Shown here in pieces: positions 12,101 through 24,911 of a stretch of 64,000 nucleotides of DNA. The stretch lies in the NCBI GenBank assembly GCA_905178155.1, contig CAJINV010000002.1, forward strand, positions 11,534,591 through 11,598,590, given 5' to 3'. The notes under the pieces are model-generated. The model saw nothing but the letters and a program-made list of their open reading frames with translations. It was not told the origin of the DNA and searched no databases. The position numbers were made by a program, and so were the translations under genes. Source of the stretch: Amoebophrya sp. A120. Its lineage: Eukaryota; Protista; Dinoflagellata. Position 1 is the first letter of the stretch. Each line of letters begins with the position of its first letter.

Positions 12101-13428
12101 TCGTCCGGATCCAGGCTGACGGAAGGTGCGCGGAGCGACAGTACTCTGGCATGCGAAAATTGTTGACCAAGTGACTGCAGCTGCAGCAGAGAATTCTGCA
12201 TTGTTCTGATCAAACCAAAATTTGCAGTGGTCTTTGGAGGTATCATCGCAATTGTGCTGGCATTGTGCGGTGTAGTAGCGACTGTGCCAGAACACACAAA
12301 TTTCCTCAGCGTTCCATTGCGTAATTCCTGTTGACGGTCGGGCTCCTCGCCGCGGGCAGAGGCGAGCGGGTTTCGTCCCTTTTCTTCCACTTGCTCTTGT
12401 TCGGGCATCATACTGTGCACCGTGTAGTTCTCCGACCGCTGGTGCGCTAGTCTGTTTGCCGTCGCGACCGCGTCTGTAATCTGATGCTCGGGCCCGAAGT
12501 GCACACTGCGAACGCACATCTCGTGAAAGACACGATGCAGAAAGATGGTTTCCATACGGTGTGGAAACACGTCGGGGTCCATTATGCTCGTCGTGCAAGA
12601 CGAAAATGCAAAGGCAACGATGTACTCGACAGGTCCGTCTGGTGCCTTCTTCTGGTGCCCTGGGGACGGAAGTGCAGGAGATGCTGGAGCAGACGAAGAA
12701 GGGATCCTTTTGTTTTCCGCTACTAGCGAAATCGCGAAAGAGAGTCCCTCCAGCGAAACCCAAAAGACATCACCGCTGTTCGTCGTGCTCTTTTGGAACA
12801 GGCACAGACTCGCCAACAAACTCGAGATGCGACGGCAAGATGGCGAGTTCAGATCGGCTAGCGAAGCCAGTAGCTCATTTCCTCGGGCACGATGTGGCAG
12901 CGGCTTCATCGTCTCAACATGTTCCTGTTCGGCCAGCCACGCACGGCCTTCCTTGGCCACAAACGCGTCAGCCGGGTCCTCCACGTCGTGATGTCGGCGC
13001 TGGCGCTTTCTTTCGGCCACCGCAACGTTCCTGCTCGCGCTCGCCTCCACCTTCTCTTCGGCAGCGTCGTTTTCGCAGCTGTTGCCGGTCTCTGCCACCC
13101 GCTGCTGCCCTTCAACATCGCTGTCACTGAGACGAGTCTTGCTCCCACTTGCGCCGCGGCTTGGCGTCTCTGGGAGCGACAAGTTTCTTCGGTCGCTTGT
13201 CGACGGCTGGTGCCCACCATCCGCCGCGAAGTAGCTCAGCTCACTTGACGAAGACCAAGAAGCACCTCCTGTTACAGCCGAAGCCACGCACCGGCCGGCA
13301 GGCACCGCAATCACGAGCACTCGTTCCAAAACCAGTTCCCGGACGACATCCTTCAGTGGCGGTGGACTACGCGGTATAGCAACCTTTTGTAACTGCATTT
13401 TTTCTCTTCGTTCACCACAAAAGTTCAA
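9165..13428 (-). CDS. Large hypothetical, largely low-complexity protein. The last exon is separated by a TIR intron, and ORF 13425..13790 may be an upstream exon.
   Basis: 1306-aa ORF. It joins ORF 9165..9413 in frame (KLYPS-RGLIPRPPSQ...STND*) after removing 9322-9530 plus one TSD. Confidence 0.65.
9322..9530. mobile_element. TIR element acting as a non-canonical intron (209 bp)
   Basis: Imperfect TIR TATCCAGGAAAAAAGCTGTGTAAGTGTAA versus TATGCAAGAAAAAAACTATGTGAGTGTAA. TSD GACTG at 9317-9321 and 9531-9535. Frame is restored. Confidence 0.88.
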
Positions 13429-14369
13429 CGAAGTTCGAGGAACTCAAAATGTGTCCGGGCCGGAATAAACGCGAAAATGGAATCGATTCCAAAGTAAGGC
13501 TGGCTTATAGCGGCCTTGAAATCATCAAATGGCCAGTCTTTGGCCTGATGATCCATGATACGACCTGCAATTTGAGGCACGTAGCAGCCCACACGTGTAT
13601 CTTCATCCTCGGCTCGGCTACAGCGCTTTATTTTGATCAGGTCTGCATTGCTTGGATGCTTGTTCCACTGTGAAACGATCGTATCAGGGACCCACGGAAC
13701 ACGGAGTTCTGCAAGCCGATGCTGGCGATAATCCTCCAGCATCTCGTACCAAATCGTTCCGGAACTGTTTGCGTTCTCAAGCATGCGCAAGATTGTTCCG
13801 CTCCCAAATCGAAACTTCTTTCATGTCTATTCATGCTTCTGTGTCATTTTTCATTCCGCCGAGACGGGACCCTTACGGGCGAATTCGCTTATACCCAGCG
13901 AGGGAGGAAACGGCTCCCGGGTACCCCAGAAACAGGGTACCAAATAGGGGTACCAGCTATCTGTGCGTGCATACATGAAAGTCGTAGAATAATTAGAATT
14001 AACAGAACTGCGTGAACCCTACAGAAGATGTAGATCGATAAGAGAAAAAAAAAGTTTCCGGGGATCTACAAATCTCTGAGAAATGCCAAGCAAAGTACCC
14101 AGCTCGCACATCATACAATGAGGCGCCGGTACAAAGCAGTGGAGGGTGCGGCTCCACGAATACAAATGTTGGCAGGACGAGCGATCATAGCGTTTCCGAA
14201 AAAAGCGGCTCGGAAACAGCTATGGAAATACATAGGAAGGACGGAATCACAGAGGATGCGGCTCTGCGAAAGCATACGAAAAAGTCATACCAGCATATAC
14301 CTCGGGTCTTTTGTTTTTCTATGCATTACGAGTTTTAGCAGCTATAAAGATACTATACGGGCAGAGCAA

Positions 14370-15452
14370 ATGAGCTTTAGGTCGGGGAGGGAATAATACA
14401 ATAGCATTTACAATGCGGACCAGGCGAGGCGGGTCAAAAAGAACTAGCAGGGATGATAGTCCATTCAAAAGCAATATCCTACCACAAGCAATATCCTACC
14501 ACGATAAGCGCAAGTGCTGAGACATGCACAGGCGCAGTCGTATGAAACAAAAAGTAAAGTAATGCGGAGCTTTCGGTCGGGGAGATAGCAATACATTAGG
14601 TTTTACAATGCGGACCAGGCGAGACGGGCCAACTTGAACTATCAGGAGGACTTTTATAGAAAAGATAACTAGTGGCGGCACTACCACTAGCAGTCGGAGG
14701 AAGACAACAAAAAGCTTTTACTGGTTTTAAACTTGTTCCTCTGCGTTCGTCGGGCGTTCGAGTTATAAAAGTTCCGATAAATAAAGCTCACCATCCTCAT
14801 GTCAACATCAAACCCACACGGCGACCGGCAGATGCAAACCGGAGCGGGGGTATCGAAGTCGGAGCAGCGGATGCAGAGCCGGGGCCATGGCGGTCAGGAA
14901 TGCAGGTAGAGCCCGTAGATCGTGTCTGTGGAGAAAGCGTCGTATCACCCACGTAAGCTCCGGGGTCGGACAGGTTAGGCGAGGCACATGCGTAGGGGCA
15001 CCATACCACCGTGCGAAAGACCAACAGGTACAACAAAAGACGGCAAAACGGAAGGAGGTCCCGTTTCACCCGGCGGCACCACCAGCAGGTCACACCGGAA
15101 CGCCATCGCGCAAAAGGCCAGCTGCCGAAACACCCGGAACACCTTCGCGCAGAAGACCAACAGGTCAAATCGGCACCACCAGATGGGCAAACCGGTTGAA
15201 CCAGCTTTCGTCATCGGGCCCAAATGCCGACCAGCTTTCGTCGACGAACACCCTCTGGGCGGAGATCGGTTTTGTCGCGCACACGTCCCGAACAGTAGCC
15301 CGTCGGGCGGGGTTCATGCCGTCAAAAGGGCCAAACCAGCTACTTGGCCTCTTTGGTGCACTCGCGGTACTCATCGACACCTCTCCGGTAGCAGTTACAC
15401 CCGCAGCTCGGAAGTAGGTCCCGTGTCACCCGGCGGCACCACCAGCAGGTTG
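14370..15452. repeat. Intergenic region with dispersed direct repeats, possibly a mobile-element remnant
   Basis: gagctttNggtcggggag...tttacaatgcggaccaggcgag occurs at about 14372-14428 and 14566-14622. aggtcccgtKtcacccggcggcaccaccagcaggt occurs at about 15056 and 15416. aagcaatatcctaccac is a tandem pair near 14469-14502. Confidence 0.55.
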
Positions 15453-16793
15453 GAGCAATAAGCCCTGCCGAGCATGGAGCGGGGCTGGAAGGCCGGGGAC
15501 GAGGAAGAACATCGTGTAGACATTTTTCTACCGTTGGTTTCTGAAGAATGACTGCAAAGGGACTAGGCACAAAAAAATGCAAACATGAGTGTTGGACGTC
15601 AATACATATGCATAGAGAAAATCTAGGTGCGGGAATGGGACTAGGTCAGGAAAGGCAAGGTATGGTAGCGTCGGAAGGCTTACAGCAGGTAGAGTAAAAA
15701 AAGAACGAAAAACAAAAAAAGAATCCTAGCCACGGATACACGACGTAAGTGGAGAAAAACCATGCGAACAGCCTGAGAGTACGATCTTGGCGGTGTTTGA
15801 GTTAAATACCACTAGCCAGAGCGAAGCATCAGCATCCTGTGTCCTGCGTAATTTCATTGGGAAGTGTTTTTTATTTGGAGAATGTGCTCATGTGGTCACG
15901 ACACACAAAGTGGCACAGATGATCGCTGGTTGACAAAGGAACTTTTTTTATTGAGCATCTCATTTTGCATACGCACAGTTCTGTTGTACATGGAATCGCT
16001 TCCGACACAGCTAAGTACATCTACAGAAGAGCTTTTTGTACAAACGAGATCACGAGCGTCAGCAGATCTATCACTTCTCGTTCTGGTACAGACCAACGAA
16101 GATTTTGAAAATCGTACGAGAATATCGACACGGCCAGTAGGGCGCTCAGATACTAGGGTCCTAAATGATGAACATGAATGGCATGCAAAAAAAGCATAAA
16201 GACCGACCGACAGCGTAGCTTCCGAGCACGGGCGCTATGATTCCTGCGTCGTCGCGGTCTGTTTCGGCTTGGCACCCCCGCGCCCCGGCTTCGTCTTCTG
16301 ACCCGAATTCTTGTCCTTAATATTCGGCTTCTTTACAGTGCCGCGGGCTGGGGCGGGTTTCTTACGCGTGTTTGTCCGTCGGGATGATGTCGGCGCGGGC
16401 AGGGACGGAGGCAAGGAATGTTCCTCGACGTCAGACGTTAAGTCATCACTTGAATCAGTTTTGTACAGCTCGCTGGCTGGCATCAACCTCAGTTTTTACT
16501 CTTACTACTTACAACTAGCTTCACTAAACTAATTTTCGCTCCAAAAAAGTACGCTCACTCTTCACTCAACTTTGTTTTTTAGTTCTCTTTACATACTCAC
16601 CAGCAGGTTGGTACGAGGAATTGGCTTTTTATTGCAAATGACCACACGCGTTCTTCGATCAGTAGATGATCTGTTTGTATTTTCATCTTGCTGTCGCGGC
16701 ACTATCACGACTTCTGATTCCGGCAAAATCGCCATGGAAATAAAGACTCCATGCGTCAAAATGGTGCGCAAAGCCATAGTACATCTTTATCAA

Positions 16794-18764
16794 TCAGTCC
16801 TGTTCATCATCGTCTTCCTCCTCTGTGATGATGTTTGACTGGGCATACCCAGACGATCGCTGTTTCGAAACCGGACTCATCGTTGCCTGGGCTTCGCCCG
16901 TTTCGCTGATGAAATCTTTTTTTGCCTTGCCGCCGCCCGGGTGCGCCGTGAGCAACGAAGACGATTCCTGCAGCTTTTCGCCGACGAATTTCGCAAACGT
17001 CTCCAGCACCTCCGCATCATCGTCGGTGAAAATGCCAATCTCTTGGTCAATTTCGATCTTGTTGATCATCTGGATCACGCCGACGACCTGTGGGACGACA
17101 AGCAGTTGACAATAAATCACGAACTTTCATAAGTATTCCCGCGGAAGCTAGCCAACTAGTGCCTGTAAGTCACTCTTTGCTCGCACAACCACGAACCGCA
17201 CTTCCTGTATTCAGAAGTACGTGTTTTTTCAAGAACGAGCTCCATCATAGTTCTGTCCACGACCAATTTATGAACCAAACAGACCTCTACCTTTGTCTCG
17301 GTGCTGTTTCGTATTGGCACACACAGCATGGATTGGGTGTGGTAACCGGACTTCTTGTCGAAGGCTTGGTTGAATCGCGAATCCTGGTACGCGTCGGGAA
17401 TGTTTATCATCACCTTGTCGGTTGCGCACTCCCCCGCAATCCCCGCAGTCCGCGGGATCCGGATCTCCTTTCCGCTGTCCGAACTCACGCTCCAGAGTTG
17501 GTCCTTGTTTTCGTCTATCCTGTGCAAAAGTATCGTACTCGTATTGCAAGTCTTGCATTACAAATCTTTTTCTTTTTGTTAACTCAAATCCGCATTACAA
17601 ATTTTTTTCTCATGCTAGGGAAATTTGTAATGCATTTATACGAGTACGATACTTTTGCACTGCATATCGTCTACCAAAAAGACCGTACACCGGTCCGCCT
17701 GAACCAACTCCGAAGCGTGCATGGTAACTGTAAATCAAAAGCATGATGGGGGGAAGCACGATGCAAAATTTCGCAACATGCGTGATACATAGTACTACAC
17801 ATCAAAAGTTCATCTCTCAGCGCTGGAAAGAGCTGAAACAATCAATCCACACAAAAGTAAAACTTGTCCATTTATACTTGTCAAAATCGTGCTCTGCGTC
17901 CCCAAGTCCTGCGACAACGCCTGAATCACATGGAGCAACCCGTTGGCCCGCTCCGACGCCACGATGGCGTCCCGGTACACCTCCGCGTTCCTTAACGCGA
18001 TCCCCGCATGCTGCGTTAAGTGTCCCAGGAGAAGTTCATCGATGGCGCTGAAAATCCCGCCGTCGGCCTTGTTGATGGCTTGCAAAACCCCAACGGTCTC
18101 ATTTTCGAAGTCCACAATGGGCATGACGAGCAGCGACTTTGTGTGGTAGCCGGTTAGCCGGTCAAACCCCGGGTCAAACCGGGGGTCCTTGTAGCAATCC
18201 GGAATGTTGACCGTCTCCTGCGTCTCAAACACGTGGCCCGCGATACCCTGCCCCGGTTGCACGCGGATGGGCTTCGCGAGGTTCGAAGCGGTGAGAATGA
18301 GCATCTCAATCTTCTTGTCCCACACAAACAGGCTCACGCGGTCGCAGTTCAGAAGCTTTGCCGTTTCAGCAATGATGATGTTAATCGTCTCTTTCGGAAC
18401 GATCTCGGCCGTTATGCTCCGCGTCGACTCGAAGAGTCTGTGAAGATGAGTTGGGATCGGTTTAGGAGATAGAAGTGTCAATGCAAGAAACTACGCACAA
18501 TCAACACGTCGCCTGTCCTTCTCTCATCTCCACTTACCTTTTCAGATACTGACTCGGAACGTCCATGATGTTGTTGCTTCCGGGCAAAGATAAAGAAGGT
18601 AATTCTCGCCGAGAATGCCCATCTCCGATTTCCTCCTCGAGCTTGCCCAGCAGAAATTTCTTCGGCTGCAGGGGTTTTTCCTTTAGGAGGGATTCCGTTA
18701 ACTCGAGCACCAGGTCCTCGACGTGGTGCTCCGCGAGGTACGTCTGCAGCGCTTCTGCCTCCAT
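16794..18764 (-). CDS. RIIa/Dpy-30-like docking domain plus two tandem GAF domains of the PDE regulatory type, multi-exon
   Basis: N-terminus LQTYLAEHHVEDLVLELTESLLKEKPLQPKKFL. GAF-A is LNCDRVSLFVWD...GIAGHV...NIPDCYKDPRFDPGFDRLTGYHTKSLLVMPI...GVLQAINK. GAF-B is VQADRCTVFLVD...GIAG...NIPDAYQDSRFNQAFDKKSGYHTQSMLCVPI...GVIQMINK. There are three GT-AG introns plus one TIR intron. Confidence 0.85.
17516..17666. mobile_element. TIR element acting as a non-canonical intron (151 bp)
   Basis: TIR TAT(C/G)C(T/A)GTGCAAAAGTATCGTACTCGTAT. TSD TCGTC at 17511-17515 and 17667-17671. Excision rebuilds the GAF motif RCTVFLVD-ENKDQLW. Confidence 0.94.
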
Positions 18765-19929
18765 GACTGTGGCTGCGAAGACGCCTTTCCAATTACCGCA
18801 CCCTGTTGTGGTTGTACTTCATGGCATCGAAAAAGCCCTCCTGCAGAGTGCAACGCCTGTAGGCTTCCATCTTGCTTGCTTGTGGATGATCTTGATGTTC
18901 GATAAATTCTACAACATGTACGATCGAATTCAAAAAATTGCGTAGTTTCCAAACTGCACTTTTACTTTTGATGTTCTGCTGATTAGTCGGCGGTCATCGC
19001 GCTGCCTTAATGCACACAATGTTGTAGTTCCGGCTGCAAAAATCGTTTCGCTCAACTTCAAGTTGGTTATACCTCGTGAAGATCCTCCAGCATCTTCCTT
19101 GAGCATCATCAATCTCCAAGGAAAGTAAGATACACAACCGAAAAAATTGAACATCATCTGCACAACTGTCGCGTGCAATACGAGCATGCGAGACACGCAG
19201 AAAACAAGCGAAGCGATGGAGGACCGCAACGGGCCACGAGTCGCGATTTCGTTCTTCTTCTCAAGATTTTTTACAATGATTTCTACTAACCCGGTAGAAA
19301 AACATTCATATCTTCCGAAATTCGAAAAAGAAAAGTAATCGGACTCAGAAAATTCATTCCAAAAGTAAAAAAGTTCTTCGAATCAATGGTGCACCAAGCG
19401 GCCTTCTCTAGCGGAAAAGAAAACCTCATAAACGGGAGGGTAGAAGGAGCGAAGATAGTTGTTGTAAACGCAAACAAAATGCGGACTGGGGTTGTGGAAA
19501 AGTTCACGACTATGACCAAAGCTCTTTTGCGCACAGAATTTTCATTTTATCGTGCTGTAGTGCGTTGAGTTCATAGCAGATCGAAACAGAAACAAACTGA
19601 GCGCCACCAGGGGTTCATACATTCTTCATGCTCAATTGCACACGTCGTGTTTTGTTCATTCCAAAAGGGTAGATGACGAGACTTCATATTTGACGTTGGC
19701 AAAATTTTCAAAACAAAAAAATTGATTTTGTGACACATGATCTATCAAGTACATTGATTGTGTAGTCACAGTCAAGTACATTGACTTTGTAACACATCTT
19801 GATGTTGTATCGCTCTACCTCAGCGACGACGACGAGTTCTGTGATTTTTACATAGTTTTAGGTTACTTTTACTTTTAGTCGTATCAATCTTCCACGCAAA
19901 GACACCTGACGCGATGCCACGCTCACACT

Positions 19930-22509
19930 TCACATCGCAAACGTGACTGCAATCGCGGCGTGAAACCCGGAGCACATGCGGGCCGTCTCGTCGCGTTCGC
20001 GGCACATCGTAGACCAGCGGTTCATCACTTCCGCCAGCACCTGCACGGCAGCCTGGAACTTTGCCATGCGCTCGTTCTCGACATCCAGTAATTCCGCCAA
20101 GTCCAGCTCAAATCGGGCCGTGTTCCTGTCGAACCGGCGCACATCCTCGCACATCATCCTCCGCGTCGCGATCGCTTCCTGCCACTCCTGCTGCGCGTCG
20201 GTTTGCTTCGTGGATGCGATATCGGTGAGGACCCCCTGCTCCTCGCACTGCTGCTGCAATCCCTGCAGCGCCTTGCTGAAGAAGACCAGCACCACGCCCC
20301 AGACGTGCGGGAGCTGCCGGCTGGACGCGATACAGACGTAGAACTTCTCCTTGTGGGACAGGTAGTCGAAGATCAGGAACAGAATCTCCTCTGGTAGCTC
20401 CGCGAGATGCAGGGGCTGTTCCAACCCGTCCAGCCATTCCAGATCCTTCGACTGGTGCTTATCGAGCGGCACGGAGTGCGATCTCGACGACCCGGTTCCA
20501 CAGGTCCCCGACGTTGAGCCGTGTCTGTGGCGTTGCCGTCGCCTGGCGCGGCCTCGCCGGTAGTGGTACCGTGTGGTGGTTCGGTTTGTCGCAAACATCA
20601 GGCCCCGGGCGGACTCCACGGCGGAAGAAGCGGAACCACTGTCGTGTCCACTGGTCGCGTTACTGACGATGTCCAGGTAGAAATCCGCGACTTCGGACGT
20701 CGAAGTGACGGTGTTAGAGTCGGTTTCCTCCCGCAGTTCCTGGAAGTACTGGCGGAGGAGATGCTCCGACAAGTACACGTCTGGGCCTCTGTCCTCCACC
20801 ACTTCGATCTGGTGGTGGTGTTCCTGATCATTAGTCACGGTGGTACTCGAAGCAGCGGAACTTTCGATTGCCGGATGTTGCAGTTCCTGCCCACCGATTT
20901 TTTCGACGTAGAGGTCCTTGGCGTTCTGCGAAGGTAGTAGAGAGGAGGCAGCGAGTACGCTAGTAGAAGTAGAAGTTATTTGGCCGGCAGAGGCGGGTGA
21001 TATTGGTTTGAAAACGGTGCTCTGCCTGCCGGGTTGTTGTACTCCGTGATCTCCTAACCGCACCACCGTTGTTGGTGACCTGTCCCCGTGTTGAATTCTC
21101 GTCCCCGTAGGCGACGGTGGGGGATTTGGATGCGTGTCACGCCCTCGACTCGCCGGAATGAACCGCGTCGGCGATGAGGTCTCGCCCTCGGGCGGCGCGC
21201 CGGCGCGACGGACCACGCGCCGTGTTGTTTTCGAAACGATGAAGTTACCAGTGGGTAGATTGCTGCTTGCTGAGTCGGGAGAAAGGTTGCAAATCGGGAG
21301 CGGCACCTTGTAGGAAATCGTTACCCCCGCGTTTTTGATCTGCGAAGCCATCAGCTGCCGGACGCCGACTGCTCGTCGCGGTAGGGAATTCGAGGAAACG
21401 CGAGATCCTGTTTCCGGTGGGCTCTGAAATCGCACGCCGACGTTTTGGTGGGCAGAAAACGGCGCGCGCCCCCGCTGAAGAGCGGGATCCATGAGCACAT
21501 GTTGTCGGGTTGTGACGACAGAACTTGTAGCAGGACCGCCTCCTGACGAACACGAGGAGGTCTTGCTCCCAGAAGTGATTGGCCCAGAGGACGGCGTCGT
21601 CGTAATGGTCAGCGATGACGCTCCTCCCGCCCCGATGGTATTTGTTGCGACCGCCCCTGCCAAATGTGCACTTGGAGGCGGCGACATCGCCCGAGTTTCG
21701 AGGATCGTAGACAGCCTCGCTCGCTGTGGCCCGGCCTGTGTTGAGGACGAGGAGGACACCACCGTCGGAAACGCGAGTTTGGACACCGGAAAAGACGAAC
21801 TTGTACTTGCAGTCGCACTACTGGGAGTCGTGTTGGGCGTTGGCGCATTAGATGATTGGGCGGAGATTACCACCGTTCGAGAGCTCGCACTTCCAGCGTT
21901 CAACATGTCTGCGTGCATCTGCAGCCGCCTTCTGTTCTGCTCGGTCACCGTCGCGTTCGACGGATTGTAGGTTTTTCTCTTTTGCAAGGGCGCCGTGTTG
22001 ATCGTTGGATCGGGCAATTTCAGCCCCACCGGGGGCGCCGCTAGACGCTTCTTCTCCTTCGCTTCTTCCTCGAGTTTCCGTGCCGCTTTCGCAGCGGACG
22101 CGTCATATTTTCCTATCTGGTACGGCATGAAGATTCGCGGTTGAAAAGTGAACGACGCTTGTTCCCTTCTTTTCTCGGCTTTCAACAGCAATAATGCGTC
22201 CTCTCCTTGTCGCAACAGCTCCTGACTACACCTTGCGTTCCCGTCCCGGAAGGTCTGCGCCTGCTTGGTCAGCATGTTCGCATACCGCTCGTATTCGGAC
22301 ATGCTGGTCAAGTGGCTGTTATGGGCAGAAGTTGTTCCAGAGGAGACCACCGTAGTGGTCGAACCCTGTGCTGCTGTCGTCGAAGCGGGCTGCATTGCGG
22401 CAGCACCCGCGGTTGCAGATGGTTGCGCTGTCGAGACGACCACGGGCGCCTCAGGAGACGAAGCCGTCGCCATACTGGACGATGCCGCTACGGTAGCAGC
22501 TGCTGCCAT
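19930..22509 (-). CDS. Ser/Thr-rich disordered protein with an F-box-like motif and a C-terminal coiled coil
   Basis: 859-aa ORF. LAELPEEILFLIFDYLSHKEK matches the F-box pattern LPxEIxxxIFxYL. Confidence 0.6.
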   Translation of the reverse strand: MAAAATVAASSSMATASSPEAPVVVSTAQPSATAGAAAMQPASTTAAQGSTTTVVSSGTTSAHNSHLTSMSEYERYANMLTKQAQTFRDGNARCSQELLRQGEDALLLLKAEKRREQASFTFQPRIFMPYQIGKYDASAAKAARKLEEEAKEKKRLAAPPVGLKLPDPTINTAPLQKRKTYNPSNATVTEQNRRRLQMHADMLNAGSASSRTVVISAQSSNAPTPNTTPSSATASTSSSFPVSKLAFPTVVSSSSSTQAGPQRARLSTILETRAMSPPPSAHLAGAVATNTIGAGGASSLTITTTPSSGPITSGSKTSSCSSGGGPATSSVVTTRQHVLMDPALQRGRAPFSAHQNVGVRFQSPPETGSRVSSNSLPRRAVGVRQLMASQIKNAGVTISYKVPLPICNLSPDSASSNLPTGNFIVSKTTRRVVRRAGAPPEGETSSPTRFIPASRGRDTHPNPPPSPTGTRIQHGDRSPTTVVRLGDHGVQQPGRQSTVFKPISPASAGQITSTSTSVLAASSLLPSQNAKDLYVEKIGGQELQHPAIESSAASSTTVTNDQEHHHQIEVVEDRGPDVYLSEHLLRQYFQELREETDSNTVTSTSEVADFYLDIVSNATSGHDSGSASSAVESARGLMFATNRTTTRYHYRRGRARRRQRHRHGSTSGTCGTGSSRSHSVPLDKHQSKDLEWLDGLEQPLHLAELPEEILFLIFDYLSHKEKFYVCIASSRQLPHVWGVVLVFFSKALQGLQQQCEEQGVLTDIASTKQTDAQQEWQEAIATRRMMCEDVRRFDRNTARFELDLAELLDVENERMAKFQAAVQVLAEVMNRWSTMCRERDETARMCSGFHAAIAVTFAM

Positions 22510-23288
22510 TTCTGTGCTATAACTATAGTGCTGATTCCTCTAGTACTCGAAGACTTTACTAACGTGCGAATTTCAGTGAAAGTGATTGGTCTTGGTCACT
22601 GCCTATGTTACACATTTTCGTACAGAATGGAATTATGGGGTACGCAGCCATTTGGTCCTGTGTGTGTGTTGCGTTCGAAAGGTCATACTTTTATCTCGAC
22701 GGACGTTCAATGTCAATTTACGAAACAAGGTTGCTTGCACGACTTTGGTGTCCAAGTTCTTTCTGGTGGCACGATGACAATATCCTTTCCAAGTACGAAG
22801 GTTTCCGTCTCTCGCATGTTTGCAGTTTCATACAGTAAGTTCTCTCTCGAGTGGTCCGCGATGCTATCAATACTTTAATCTAGCATGTGAGAACACATAT
22901 TCAACGCTTTATTACGCAAATAGACGGACGACGTGACTCTTGCCTGTTCCTCTTTGAAATTCCCTTTGTTCGTAAAATCGAATAGCATTACGCGCTGTGC
23001 GATGGATCAGGATCAGATCACCAAAACATGCACATCAATCTGGTCAAGCAGAAGTAGTTTATTGTAAATGATGAAATCCAAAACGACCAAATTCGGTGCT
23101 GCGCAACTCCCCCGGCTAGGTCGCAGAGCTTCCATCACGATGGAGTGCGGCGCGTTAACCTGTCATTTTTCATCACCGTCATCCGCTCAAAGATATGCAC
23201 ACGGAACGAAGATGAATGTGATTCTGGTGATTCAACCTATTGATTATGCAGCGAAGATGCAATGACCCCCACTAATTATTATCGACGT

Positions 23289-23681
23289 TCAAATACCCGC
23301 TTCTTCGTCTTCTGCGGGTTTCGGTTTCACAATCGGTCTGGCTTTCTGCTTCGGATTGTTTGCCATCAAAAAATGCGCTAGGTATTCGACCGGATTGTTT
23401 GGTCGTTCCTGTGCGACGGCTGCCAGGCCTGGGAGCAGCGTTGGGACGACTTGGGTATCGAGATATTGCCTAAGCGGCATGGTCTGAATCGAATGGTCTT
23501 CCCACATCAAGCTCTCCGTTGCCACCCGCTCCATCTCCTTTTGCCGCGGGTCGGGGTAGGCGGTACTCTCGCCGACCGGGATGTTATCCGTCATTTTGCC
23601 TGATGCGACTTGCGGTTTAGAAAATGAAGAGCGCTCTTCTATCTGGTCTACTGTGCTTCGTTGTTTGATGTCAGGTTTCAT
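23289..23681 (-). CDS. Dpy-30 motif protein
   Basis: PLRQYLDTQVVPTLLPGLAAVAQERPNNPVEYLAHFL is a typical Dpy-30 motif. Confidence 0.85.
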   Translation of the reverse strand: MKPDIKQRSTVDQIEERSSFSKPQVASGKMTDNIPVGESTAYPDPRQKEMERVATESLMWEDHSIQTMPLRQYLDTQVVPTLLPGLAAVAQERPNNPVEYLAHFLMANNPKQKARPIVKPKPAEDEEAGI

Positions 23682-24911
23682 TTTCCATTATGGAGGCGTT
23701 TTCCGAAATGGGACGGGGATTTTTCAAAATGCGTTCTTTATACCTGATGCGATAAAATTATGAGGTGGGTACGAAGACGAATCTCTCCAGCAAGTAGCTC
23801 TCGAAAGGATCCATCACGACCTTCTGATGACGTCGCTGACAGTGTTGTACAGATGATAAACGCATCTGTTGTCTCCCATCGTTCTCTCTCAGCCTCCCTC
23901 CGCCTTTCTCTCGCCATTCGGAACAGCTAATGTAAGCACAATTATTAATTCCGTTGAACTTGAAAATGAAATCGTGGTCCCACGTCGATACACCATATCC
24001 GCGTGCGCTATCATTTCTTTCCAGATTACTTGCTAACTACCTCCAACCTTGTTTTTTATCTGCATCTAGTAATTGTCTGCCATTGTACACGTAGCGCTGT
24101 TAAAGGTCTTCTTATTTCCCAATTCAGTCAACCGACCATCAACATTCTTTGGGGTTTTATTCAGTAGCTACTTCCCTCACACTGATGTCTAACTGAACTT
24201 CTAGAACCAAGTTGGTATCGGTACAGCAATTCGTAGCAGTGCGTGTCAGTATTTTGCGAGGTTCGAGACCGGGGTGCGGCAGCTTGAACTTCGTCGTGAC
24301 GGCAACTGGAAGTCGTAGTGTCACCTTGATACTCTCTTTACTAACTTTTTGATCTTGCCTGAGTCTGTGACATTCTTACTCATTTTCATACAAGGTAACT
24401 TCCTTACTTTCCAATTCCAGGTGAAACATTGAGTTGATACATTTTAATTTTAAGAAGCAAGCAAGGAGAGCAGCGAGAGCTACGACAATTCTATGTATTG
24501 AAGCTTGTCTCGACTCCATATTTAATTTCGTACGTGGTAGTTGATGCTTTGCAAATCGTTCACTGAAAACTCCACCAATCTAGGCACATAAAGTTTGTAA
24601 ACTGCTGCTAGTCTGTTTCTGCAATCCGGTGTGAAATTCGGTACGGTCATTGTGTATGAAGCTGTGTACATTTATTTCCAGCTGGTTGAGAAGCCTCTCA
24701 AGGAAAGCTTTTTTTCTTGGAAGAGTAAACTGCAAATCTGTCAAGCACCTCGACGAACTCCAGCAGCCATTTCCTGCTGTAAACAAGACAATCGTAAGCG
24801 TCAATCTGAGTCAAATTTTCGTAGATACAGGCACCTCTTTGTTTCTGATTCACTGATATCAATTTAGCTGCGCACTACATCCATTCTTGTTGTTCTGATG
24901 TTCAAGCGAAT

